A stretch of 5,757 bases of DNA from a virus. Location of the stretch: IMG/VR virus record IMGVR_UViG_3300045988_004318; one strand, given 5' to 3'. Below, one piece after another: positions 1 to 5,548 of the stretch. The position numbers and the translations under genes were made by a program. Within the stretch, counting starts at the first letter, position 1. Every line of letters starts with the position of its first letter. The notes under the pieces are model-generated. The model was not told the origin of the DNA, did not search any database, and saw nothing but the letters and a program-made list of their open reading frames with translations.

Positions 1-39
1 AAAAAAAAAATAAAACAAGGTGGAATTTTGTCCACCTTG
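1..39 (-). terminator. Rho-independent terminator (duplicate copy at 5703..5741)
   Basis: Minus strand reads CAAGGTGGA-caaaat-TCCACCTTG, a perfect 9-bp stem (31..39 pairs with 16..24) with a 6-nt loop. It is followed by TTTTATTTTTTTTTT. It lies 11 nt downstream of the stop codon at 50..52. Confidence 0.8.
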
Positions 40-55
40 CTGATTTTAGTTATTT
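1..55. repeat. Terminal direct repeat, copy A; circularisation overlap of a 5,702-nt circular genome
   Basis: Bases 1..55 (aaaaaaaaaataaaacaaggtggaattttgtccaccttgctgattttagttattt) match 5703..5757 base for base. The match runs to the last base of the window. Confidence 0.95.
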
Positions 56-205
56 GTTTTCGTATTCTTTGAGTTTTTCACAGATTGCATCTGTCCATTC
101 ATCATCCATGTTGTATTCTTTTTTCAGCTCGTCTCTGTCTTTGCTTCTCCAACCGCCGTCATATAATGCTGCTGCGCTTGCTTCTACTTCTTCATTGAAA
201 AACAT
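50..205 (-). CDS. Hypothetical small acidic protein, 51 aa (MFFNEEVEASAAALYDGGWRSKDRDELKKEYNMDDEWTDAICEKLKEYENK)
   Basis: ATG at 205..203 is preceded by AAGGAGA (217..211) with a 5-nt spacer. The ORF-track start at 256 is a GTG inside the -10 box of the upstream promoter, so it was trimmed. Composition is 15 D/E versus 8 K/R. I recognise no family. Confidence 0.65.
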   Translation of the reverse strand: MFFNEEVEASAAALYDGGWRSKDRDELKKEYNMDDEWTDAICEKLKEYENK

Positions 206-225
206 ATTGATCTCCTTTCGGTTGT

Positions 226-257
226 GTGTGTTCCTTTCTACACCTTTATTATACACC
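226..257 (-). promoter_or_regulatory. Candidate operator box overlapping the -10 and transcription start of promoter P1
   Basis: Minus strand reads GGTGTAtaataaaGGTGTAgaaaggaaCACAC. The same GGTGTA-N7-GGTGTA-N7/8-CACAC layout recurs at 1832..1863, with 17 of the first 19 nt identical. Confidence 0.35.
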
Positions 258-276
258 TAAAACATACACTTGTCAA
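248..276 (-). promoter_or_regulatory. Consensus sigma70/sigmaA-type promoter P1
   Basis: Minus strand has TTGACA (276..271), a 17-nt spacer (270..254) and TATAAT (253..248). An A-rich UP-like tract (aaaaacttaaaaaaatac) lies immediately upstream. The predicted start near 241 gives a leader of about 36 nt to the ATG at 205. Confidence 0.75.
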
Positions 277-295
277 GTATTTTTTTAAGTTTTTG

Positions 296-337
296 GCTGT
301 CCGATCGGCCGTGGTCGGCCGACGATGAGAGGACAGC
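296..337. repeat. GC-rich compound hairpin in the intergenic region between VP4 and the acidic ORF
   Basis: Outer stem gctgtcc (296..302) pairs with ggacagc (331..337). Inner stem tcggccg (305..311) pairs with cggccga (316..322) around a 4-nt loop tggt. It contains two CGGCCG palindromes 10 nt apart. Flanking sequence is AT-rich, and no U-tract follows on the minus strand. Confidence 0.8.
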
Positions 338-400
338 GTAGCTTTTAGGTTAGATTTCGGTTTGTGCTCTTATTGGCCGTTCTCGTGGTTTGTAGATGGC

Positions 401-1504
401 TTAGACCTCTGTGCGTATGAGTTTGCTCATTCGTTCTTGCATTTTTTTGTCTTTCAGGTTATAATATTCCTGCATGGTCAGGCCGGTCTGCTTGAGCTGA
501 GCAAAGAGAGCGTCGTTTGCGATTCTTCGGCGTTCTCGTTTAATTGCTTTCAGTTCTTCGGATTCGGCTTTTTCTGTTATATCTTCAATTTTTTGCACTT
601 CTTCATCTGTCAGCGGTTTCGCTCCGTGGTCGATGTCGAACAGCTTGTCAAAGTATCTTGGCGGTTTACAGATTTTACCGTTTTTTAGTTGTATTTGATC
701 TCTTTCGTAGATTTCCGCTGCATGGTCGTAATAGTATTGTGCGCCGATCGCCGGTTTTTTGCTCATAAGGCATTGTTCTGGCATGATGCCTAATTCTTCA
801 TAAAATTTTTTACCGTCCTTTCCGTAAATCTTTTTTGTTGTGTACCTTGCTGTGTATGCCATAGATCGCCATTCTGCTGGTGCTAGGATGACGTGTCCCA
901 TGCCCCAGATTTTTTCTAGCCATTCGCAGTTATAGTATGTGAATCCTCTTTCTTTCTTGTAAACTTTTAAATCTTCCTGTTTTATCGGTAGATCGTAGAC
1001 AATTGCGTGATAGTGCGGTCTGTGTGTCTGGCTGCCGTATTCGCCAGCTTGGAAATACATCAGCTTGCCTTTTCCTTTTTCGTGGTATTCTATGTGTCTT
1101 CTGAGACGTTTCCAGAATTTTTGCATGTCCTCATAGTTTAGACTGAGGTTTTCTGTTATCACTTCTCCTGTCAGTGTGTCCCATGTCGCTCGATATGGGA
1201 CATTTTCGTTATTATAGGTGATTGTTAGGAACCAGGCGTTTTCATGGTATGGCAGCTCCATTTCCATTCGGTTCGCCCAGGATGCTGCATTTGCCATTTT
1301 GCATCCAGGACAGTGCCCGCATGGCAGCAGTTGAGCGTTCTGTTCTTTGAGCAGCTTTTTAACTCGCTGTTCGTTCCACTTCTGTTGTCTTTGATCTGCG
1401 TCAAACTCTAGCCTTTCGCCTGTTTTTGACAAGTATGCCTTCAGGCTGACTACTCTTTCTTGTCTGTTGATGACGGTTCTAATCAATGGTCTCGTACATG
1501 GCAT
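401..1504 (-). CDS. VP4: Replication initiator protein VP4 (HUH rolling-circle endonuclease, Microviridae gene A/VP4 family), 367 aa
   Basis: Motif I is FLTITYN. The HUH motif is HYHAIVY, with H-Y-H encoded at 1007..1015. The tyrosine motif AYTARYTTKK has its Y codons at 854..856 and 842..844. The PCGHCPGCK cysteine cluster is typical of gokushovirus VP4. Start was moved to the ATG at 1504..1502, with AAGGAGG at 1523..1517 and a 12-nt spacer. The ORF-track start at 1540 is a TTG lying inside the upstream hairpin. Confidence 0.93.
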   Translation of the reverse strand: MPCTRPLIRTVINRQERVVSLKAYLSKTGERLEFDADQRQQKWNEQRVKKLLKEQNAQLLPCGHCPGCKMANAASWANRMEMELPYHENAWFLTITYNNENVPYRATWDTLTGEVITENLSLNYEDMQKFWKRLRRHIEYHEKGKGKLMYFQAGEYGSQTHRPHYHAIVYDLPIKQEDLKVYKKERGFTYYNCEWLEKIWGMGHVILAPAEWRSMAYTARYTTKKIYGKDGKKFYEELGIMPEQCLMSKKPAIGAQYYYDHAAEIYERDQIQLKNGKICKPPRYFDKLFDIDHGAKPLTDEEVQKIEDITEKAESEELKAIKRERRRIANDALFAQLKQTGLTMQEYYNLKDKKMQERMSKLIRTEV

Positions 1505-1528
1505 AGATGTTTCATGCCTCCTTCCTTG

Positions 1529-1569
1529 AATGAGCCCCAATAACCTTCTTGATGTTATTGGGGCTCATT
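1529..1569. repeat. Perfect 16-bp inverted repeat (stem-loop) immediately upstream of the VP4 ribosome-binding site
   Basis: aatgagccccaataac (1529..1544) pairs with gttattggggctcatt (1554..1569) around a 9-nt loop cttcttgat. On the minus strand the 3' arm ends 5 nt before the VP4 SD. No T-tract follows on either strand. Confidence 0.9.
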
Positions 1570-1644
1570 GACACAAAATTTAGATGCTGCTCGCTTCTCG
1601 TGATGGACAAATGTTGCTTCCCTGAGTGAGGCGGTAGCCGTAAC

Positions 1645-1812
1645 TCATGCTGTTTTGTATCCTAGCGCTTCTGCATATACATCAATTGCATCCCTTATGA
1701 TATCGCTGTCGATGTATTTATCATACAGTTTGCATGTTTTGATGTACTCTATTTCTTCGATCTGTTTTTGTGTTAGGTTGATGTTCATTCTTTTTGCCAT
1801 TTGGCTTCTCAT
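1645..1812 (-). CDS. Ribbon-helix-helix-like small DNA-binding protein, 55 aa (MRSQMAKRMNINLTQKQIEEIEYIKTCKLYDKYIDSDIIRDAIDVYAEALGYKTA); absent from the ORF track because it is under 60 aa
   Basis: ATG at 1812..1810 has AGGAGGG (1825..1819) 6 nt upstream and a TGA stop at 1647..1645. The pattern is a basic N-terminus, a beta-strand-like RMNINLT, a helix (QKQIEEIEYIK) and a second helix (SDIIRDAIDVYAEAL). This matches the CopG/Arc/MetJ RHH layout by eye. Confidence 0.6.
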   Translation of the reverse strand: MRSQMAKRMNINLTQKQIEEIEYIKTCKLYDKYIDSDIIRDAIDVYAEALGYKTA

Positions 1813-1831
1813 GGTATGCCCTCCTACTTTA

Positions 1832-1863
1832 GGTGTGCGATTCTTACACCCATATTATACACC
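1832..1863 (-). promoter_or_regulatory. Candidate operator box overlapping the -10 and transcription start of promoter P2
   Basis: Minus strand reads GGTGTAtaatatgGGTGTAagaatcgCACACC. The second GGTGTA and the CACACC form an imperfect inverted repeat (5 of 6). The layout parallels 226..257. Confidence 0.35.
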
Positions 1864-1882
1864 TCCTTTTTGTGTCTGTCAA
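1854..1882 (-). promoter_or_regulatory. Consensus sigma70/sigmaA-type promoter P2
   Basis: Minus strand has TTGACA (1882..1877), a 17-nt spacer (1876..1860) and TATAAT (1859..1854). The -35 box abuts the VP2 stop codon (1885..1883). The promoter drives the 55-aa RHH-like ORF and, downstream of it, VP4. Confidence 0.75.
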
Positions 1883-2857
1883 TTACCATTTTCGCATTGC
1901 TTTTCCGAGACCGTACAGGGCTGCACCTGCTGCTTTTGTTTTCGCTTTGTTTCCAGCGTCTGCGATCTTTTTGCCTGCTTCTACGGTTGTCGGCGTTGTA
2001 GTCTGTCTTCCAGACTGTTCGTTGTTGTAGGTGTTGTTTGCGGTCTGTGCAATGTTTCCAACTGTTTTTGCGCTGCTTGAACCGATGTTTTGCATGATGC
2101 TCTGCATGTAACTGGCTTCTTCCCAGTTTTTGGTTTCTTTTGCTGTGTTGATCGCCTGCATGGCGTTCTGCAGAAATTGCGCTGTGTTGTTTCCGTAGTC
2201 ATACATAGCTTGCATTGTGGCCGTGTGTGCTGCTGGAATTGCTGATGCTTGAGCGTGGCTAAACGTTGTGTTTCCTACAGCTGCCTGGCCTCCGCTGCCG
2301 GCTGACGCGCCGAATCCGTTGTATGCTGCCAGTGCCGGGTTTAGACCTGCTTTCTTTAGGTCTTCTACTCCTCTCTGGTAGGCTGTGCTGGACATCATCT
2401 GTTGCCAGTCTCGATTCTTTTGGCTCTCTTCCCGGTTAAATGCCATTGCTGAAGCTTGGCTCTGTGCTGTCAGCTCGTTTGCCCTGGCGTTTGACCATAG
2501 GTTCATCAGGTTTCCTAGTGCCCACTGTCCGCTCTGGAGGTTGTTTGCGGTTTGTGCCTGTCCGGCGTTAAAGTTGGCTGCTGCCCCTGAGTTGTTTCCC
2601 GTGATGCCCGTTAAAGCTTTTCCCAGGATATCAGATATTCCAGACGTGTTACCCTGCGTTACCTGTCCGCCTTGGGTTCCTGTTGCCTGGTTCATGTTTC
2701 CTGACATGGTCGTGTTTCCAACTTGTTGGTTCATGGTGTTTTGGTTCATTGCGCTGCTGTTCGACCCTTTCGAGTTGATATAGCTGCTTGCAACGTTTCC
2801 TAAGGCTCCTACCACGCTTGGCAGTAGCTGCAAAGCGATTGCTCCCCATCCTGCCAT
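1883..2857 (-). CDS. VP2: VP2 minor capsid / DNA pilot protein, 324 aa
   Basis: It sits immediately downstream of VP1, as in gokushoviruses. AAGGAGG (2870..2864) overlaps the VP1 stop and lies 6 nt before the ATG at 2857. The N-terminus is hydrophobic (MAGWGAIALQLLPSVVGALGNV). The body is low-complexity and rich in G/A/N/Q/S/T, typical of VP2. The call rests on position and composition rather than a sharp motif. Confidence 0.8.
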   Translation of the reverse strand: MAGWGAIALQLLPSVVGALGNVASSYINSKGSNSSAMNQNTMNQQVGNTTMSGNMNQATGTQGGQVTQGNTSGISDILGKALTGITGNNSGAAANFNAGQAQTANNLQSGQWALGNLMNLWSNARANELTAQSQASAMAFNREESQKNRDWQQMMSSTAYQRGVEDLKKAGLNPALAAYNGFGASAGSGGQAAVGNTTFSHAQASAIPAAHTATMQAMYDYGNNTAQFLQNAMQAINTAKETKNWEEASYMQSIMQNIGSSSAKTVGNIAQTANNTYNNEQSGRQTTTPTTVEAGKKIADAGNKAKTKAAGAALYGLGKAMRKW

Positions 2858-2868
2858 TTTGCACCTCC

Positions 2869-4506
2869 TTAGATCGTATCAAGGCCCGGTACGCTGTAGA
2901 TCGGCATGGGTCGTGTCCAGGTTTGGTCAAAGTAAAAATTGCAGATGAACTGATAGCTGTGGTTGGTGTCCTCAACTGCCAGCGTTCTGGCGATGTTTTC
3001 GGTACCTTCTTTGATCCAGTCGTTGGATAGTGTCGGTAGGCTTGTGTAATGATCTGCATAGTGCCATGCATCCAGGCTCTGAGCGTAGGTGCTGCGCATT
3101 TCGGATGTTACTATGTTTGTGCGGTACCTGTAATCGGCCCAGGCTTCTTGGTAGCCGAAAACTTCTTCATCCTGTGTGTTTCCCTGTGCATAGATTTCTT
3201 GATTCAACACTGGCTGCTCTCCCAAGTTTGCCAGCATTGGATCGTAGTAGCTGAATCGTGTGCTTCTCGTCCACAATCTGCCCAAACCCTGCTGATAGCT
3301 GTGATCTACTCGCACGCAGCACAGGCCCAGCACATAGCCGTGTTCTGTTGCGCTGTAGGTGCACATGTGTCTGGACATTGTTGTCATGCTGTAGGCTGCC
3401 GTGTTGCCCTGCGGACTGGTCGTGCTTGTGCTTGATGTTTGAACGACCTGGTTGATGTTGATTGGCATTCTGTAGCCGCCGATGTATTCGCTTCGGTCAA
3501 GTCGTGCGTCCGGTGAGGTTACACCCCAGGCCCCTTTCAGGATTTCTTTGTACCTGGTTCCAGTCCTGGCATCTCGCTCTAGGATGTGCTGTACTGCGAT
3601 GGAGTTTCGGAGTTCGTTGATGCTGATTCCTGATACAGCGGTAAGGTCGGCTTGCAGGTTGCCGGTGGCTACTTTCAGTACATTGCCTGTAGGTTCGCTG
3701 TATCCGGTAATTCTTGTTGCGATTGTATTTGGGTCATTTACAGCGTTTGAAATGTATGATGTTGCGTCATTGCTTGTCGTGTCCAGATAAATTACTTTAT
3801 CTGTTTTTTGTCCGTTTTCAGTCAGCCATACCGGTGCCAGGCCTGCCAGGCCGATTTCTACTCCCTGGCCTTTTTGCGGCTGCGGCAAACTGCTGGTGAA
3901 GTAGTCTTTGTGTTTGCAGACTTTGAGGATCCCCAGTCCTCTTTCTGGTTTTTCGATGTCTTTTAGGTTTTCTTTGTATTCGAGTGTTTCGTCTCCTGTG
4001 TAGACATCCACTGGCTGCTGAAGGTTTTCATCTCTGAACCACTCGTTCCAGATCTTCGCATAGGCATTGAACGGCATTCTGTTCACTTCAAGGTTGGGCA
4101 CTCCCGTTGGGATTCCCATGTAGTCTGCGATTGATCCGACTTCCCAGCCTGTTGTAGGAGGTGCTTTTGCCGTGGGTGTTGTGTATTCTACTGTTTCTGC
4201 CCAGAAGCTGCTGTCATTCTGGCCCATCATGTTTACAAAGTGGTTCCAGAGCAGGCGGCTCGGTACGAAGAAGAAGAAAATATCCATGTTACAGTTGTCC
4301 ATAACAGGATAAAGCGGAGTAGCCATGCGCACCAAACCGTTTACATCGATTTTGAAAGTATCGCCGGGAAGCACCTCGTCAACATAGATTGGCACCAGAT
4401 CGCCTTCGTTGAGTGTGGTCAGCAGTGAAAAATCTCTTTTGAATCGGCTTCTTCTGATTTCTGCGTGCGGCACTTGGGAATAGTGCTGTTCACTGTTTCT
4501 GTTCAT
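2869..4506 (-). CDS. VP1: VP1 major capsid protein (Microviridae F/VP1 family), 545 aa
   Basis: The N-terminus is canonical: RSRFKRDFSLLTTLNEGDLVPIYVDEVLPGDTF...MATPLYPVMDN...IFFFFVPSRLLW. Later blocks include INELRNSIAVQHILERDARTGTRYKEIL, and the C-terminus is YSVPGLDTI. GGAGG lies 8 nt before the ATG at 4506. Length fits gokushovirus VP1. Confidence 0.97.
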   Translation of the reverse strand: MNRNSEQHYSQVPHAEIRRSRFKRDFSLLTTLNEGDLVPIYVDEVLPGDTFKIDVNGLVRMATPLYPVMDNCNMDIFFFFVPSRLLWNHFVNMMGQNDSSFWAETVEYTTPTAKAPPTTGWEVGSIADYMGIPTGVPNLEVNRMPFNAYAKIWNEWFRDENLQQPVDVYTGDETLEYKENLKDIEKPERGLGILKVCKHKDYFTSSLPQPQKGQGVEIGLAGLAPVWLTENGQKTDKVIYLDTTSNDATSYISNAVNDPNTIATRITGYSEPTGNVLKVATGNLQADLTAVSGISINELRNSIAVQHILERDARTGTRYKEILKGAWGVTSPDARLDRSEYIGGYRMPININQVVQTSSTSTTSPQGNTAAYSMTTMSRHMCTYSATEHGYVLGLCCVRVDHSYQQGLGRLWTRSTRFSYYDPMLANLGEQPVLNQEIYAQGNTQDEEVFGYQEAWADYRYRTNIVTSEMRSTYAQSLDAWHYADHYTSLPTLSNDWIKEGTENIARTLAVEDTNHSYQFICNFYFDQTWTRPMPIYSVPGLDTI

Positions 4507-4509
4507 GCT

Positions 4510-4992
4510 TTATTCCTCCTTTTTTGGTGATTCTGCTGTGTCTGGCTGTTGTACTGCAGAATTGTCTTTCGGCATAATGCCCATTTTTTCAATCCACTCC
4601 GGTTCTCCTGCGGTTGCTGCCCAGGCATTGAAGTTGTTCCCGAACCTGTTTCGGATTTCCAGTGGCAGCGTTTCGAACTTCTCTTTCTGCTCGTTCATCA
4701 TGTTTCGCCATTCGATGTAGTTTGCAGGCAGCTTGCTGGTGTCGATGTACCAGCCAGGATTAGCCATGACCGTGGTGTCGCCTGCTGCATACCTTGCAAG
4801 GATGCTCATGGGGTCTACTTCGTCTTTGTAGCTCTGGATTTTTTCATACGTGTTGATCTCTCCGACCTGTTCAAGATAAGGTCTGCCGTCTTTATCGTAC
4901 CGCTCTTTGTATTGCGGCTCCAGAATATTGCCCGGCTCGTTTGGCTTCCTTTTCGGTTTTTCATCTCCATAGGGTGTAAAGATTTTAACCAT
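4510..4992 (-). CDS. VP3: VP3 internal scaffolding protein, 160 aa
   Basis: It lies directly upstream of VP1. Motifs resemble gokushovirus VP3: IQSYKDEVDPMSILARYAAGD, and LPANYIEWRNMMNEQKEKFETLPLEIRNRFGNNFNAW. GGAGG lies 9 nt before the ATG at 4992. The start overlaps the preceding ORF by 8 nt. Confidence 0.85.
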   Translation of the reverse strand: MVKIFTPYGDEKPKRKPNEPGNILEPQYKERYDKDGRPYLEQVGEINTYEKIQSYKDEVDPMSILARYAAGDTTVMANPGWYIDTSKLPANYIEWRNMMNEQKEKFETLPLEIRNRFGNNFNAWAATAGEPEWIEKMGIMPKDNSAVQQPDTAESPKKEE

Positions 4993-5242
4993 CCTTTTTT
5001 TCCTCCATGCTCTTTTTCACCTGTTCGATGTTCCATTCCAGCTCCGGCATACACGGTGCGATCATGCCGGTTTCGGTGTCGTACTGCCCCAGATGATAGA
5101 CCCGCTTATCCTCGCAGTCGCTTTTTTCCATCTCTTGGGTCATCCACTTGAAGGTTCTTTCCTTAACAATCGGGTTGATGACCATGATGTTGCCAAAGGT
5201 TCCTGCCAGCTCGTCCTTGATAGCATAAAGTTCAAAAGTCAT
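4985..5242 (-). CDS. VP5-like small nonstructural protein, 85 aa (MTFELYAIKDELAGTFGN...LGQYDTETGMI...)
   Basis: The pattern M.F.LY.IKD...G.F......R.F......LG.YD..TG.I resembles my recollection of gokushovirus ORF5/VP5 proteins, as do its size and its position upstream of VP3. Start was trimmed to the ATG at 5242..5240, with GGAGG 9 nt upstream. The ORF-track start at 5278 has no SD. Confidence 0.6.
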   Translation of the reverse strand: MTFELYAIKDELAGTFGNIMVINPIVKERTFKWMTQEMEKSDCEDKRVYHLGQYDTETGMIAPCMPELEWNIEQVKKSMEEKKDG

Positions 5243-5432
5243 TGTTGTTATCCTCCATAACCTCGTTGATGATATCATTTTTGTGATATTTCATCCCATA
5301 TTCGATTGCTTTTCGTGTCGCTGCCGGCACGCTGCATCCCAGTTCTTCTGCCAGATCATCAATATCGGCTGCTGTGTCGTACCTCAGTCTCACTGTCAGT
5401 GTGCAGCATGCCATGTTCTTGATGCTCTTCAC
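5232..5432 (-). CDS. Second ribbon-helix-helix-like small protein, 66 aa (from the GTG) or 60 aa (from the ATG at 5414)
   Basis: The layout is strand-like TLTVRLR, helix TAADIDDLAEELG, then helix SVPAATRKAIEYGMKY, which fits an RHH fold. The GTG at 5432..5430 overlaps the upstream TGA (GTGA) and has GGGGAGGG 9 nt upstream. The C-terminal tail is acidic. Confidence 0.55.
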   Translation of the reverse strand: MKSIKNMACCTLTVRLRYDTAADIDDLAEELGCSVPAATRKAIEYGMKYHKNDIINEVMEDNNNDF

Positions 5433-5548
5433 AGTCGAATCCCTCCCCGGCTCGGTTTCGGATTGACGTTGATCTTTTTGGTTTTCTTTGCCGTGTTGGT
5501 GAAAACCTTTTTGTCAGTCTTCGGTTTTACAGTGCTCCGATGTGCCAT
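5429..5548 (-). CDS. Small basic DNA-binding/packaging peptide (J / ORF8-like), 39 aa (MAHRSTVKPKTDKKVFTNTAKKTKKINVNPKPSRGGIRL)
   Basis: It is highly basic and ends in RGGIRL. I recall this resembling gokushovirus/SpV4 ORF8-type peptides that end RGG.R[LF]. AAGGAGG lies 7 nt before the ATG at 5548. The start overlaps the upstream stop as TAATG. Confidence 0.7.
   Translation of the reverse strand: MAHRSTVKPKTDKKVFTNTAKKTKKINVNPKPSRGGIRL

Noticed and set aside
1-55. Terminal repeat as a biological LTR, ITR or cos-type end
   Set aside because: It is a direct repeat that is exact and runs to the window edge. It is also an odd length typical of an assembly k-mer overlap, which fits a linearised circle. 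Microviridae genomes are circular ssDNA.
206-256. N-terminal extensions given by the ORF track: 206..256, 1505..1540 and 5243..5278
   Set aside because: The 256 start is a GTG inside the -10 box of P1 and upstream of the predicted transcription start. The 1540 start is a TTG inside the 16-bp hairpin. The 5278 start lacks an SD. In each case an internal ATG has a proper AGGAGG-type SD.
437-465. Plus-strand TTGCAT-N17-TATAAT inside the 3' end of VP4, a possible antisense promoter
   Set aside because: The -35 box is weak (3 of 6), no plausible downstream plus-strand gene or structured RNA end follows, and a single TATAAT hexamer is expected by chance.
1545-1553. The hairpin loop contains CTTGAT, which matches the CTTG/AT nick core of the phiX174 origin as I recall it
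   Set aside because: The 6-mer lies on the window plus strand, which is antisense to all genes. Microvirus initiators nick the coding-sense (virion) strand. A 6-nt match is also expected by chance. It is kept only as a note for a nicking assay.
1981-2202. Same-strand overprinted ORFs inside VP2, VP1, VP3 and the VP5-like gene: 1981..2202, 2649..3071, 3167..3364 and 4815..5054. Some are very basic and recall the overlapping genes of phiX174.
   Set aside because: None has an SD upstream of its start, unlike nearly every accepted gene here. The basic, low-complexity translations are what off-frame reading of these genes would produce. This cannot be excluded without ribosome profiling or conservation analysis.
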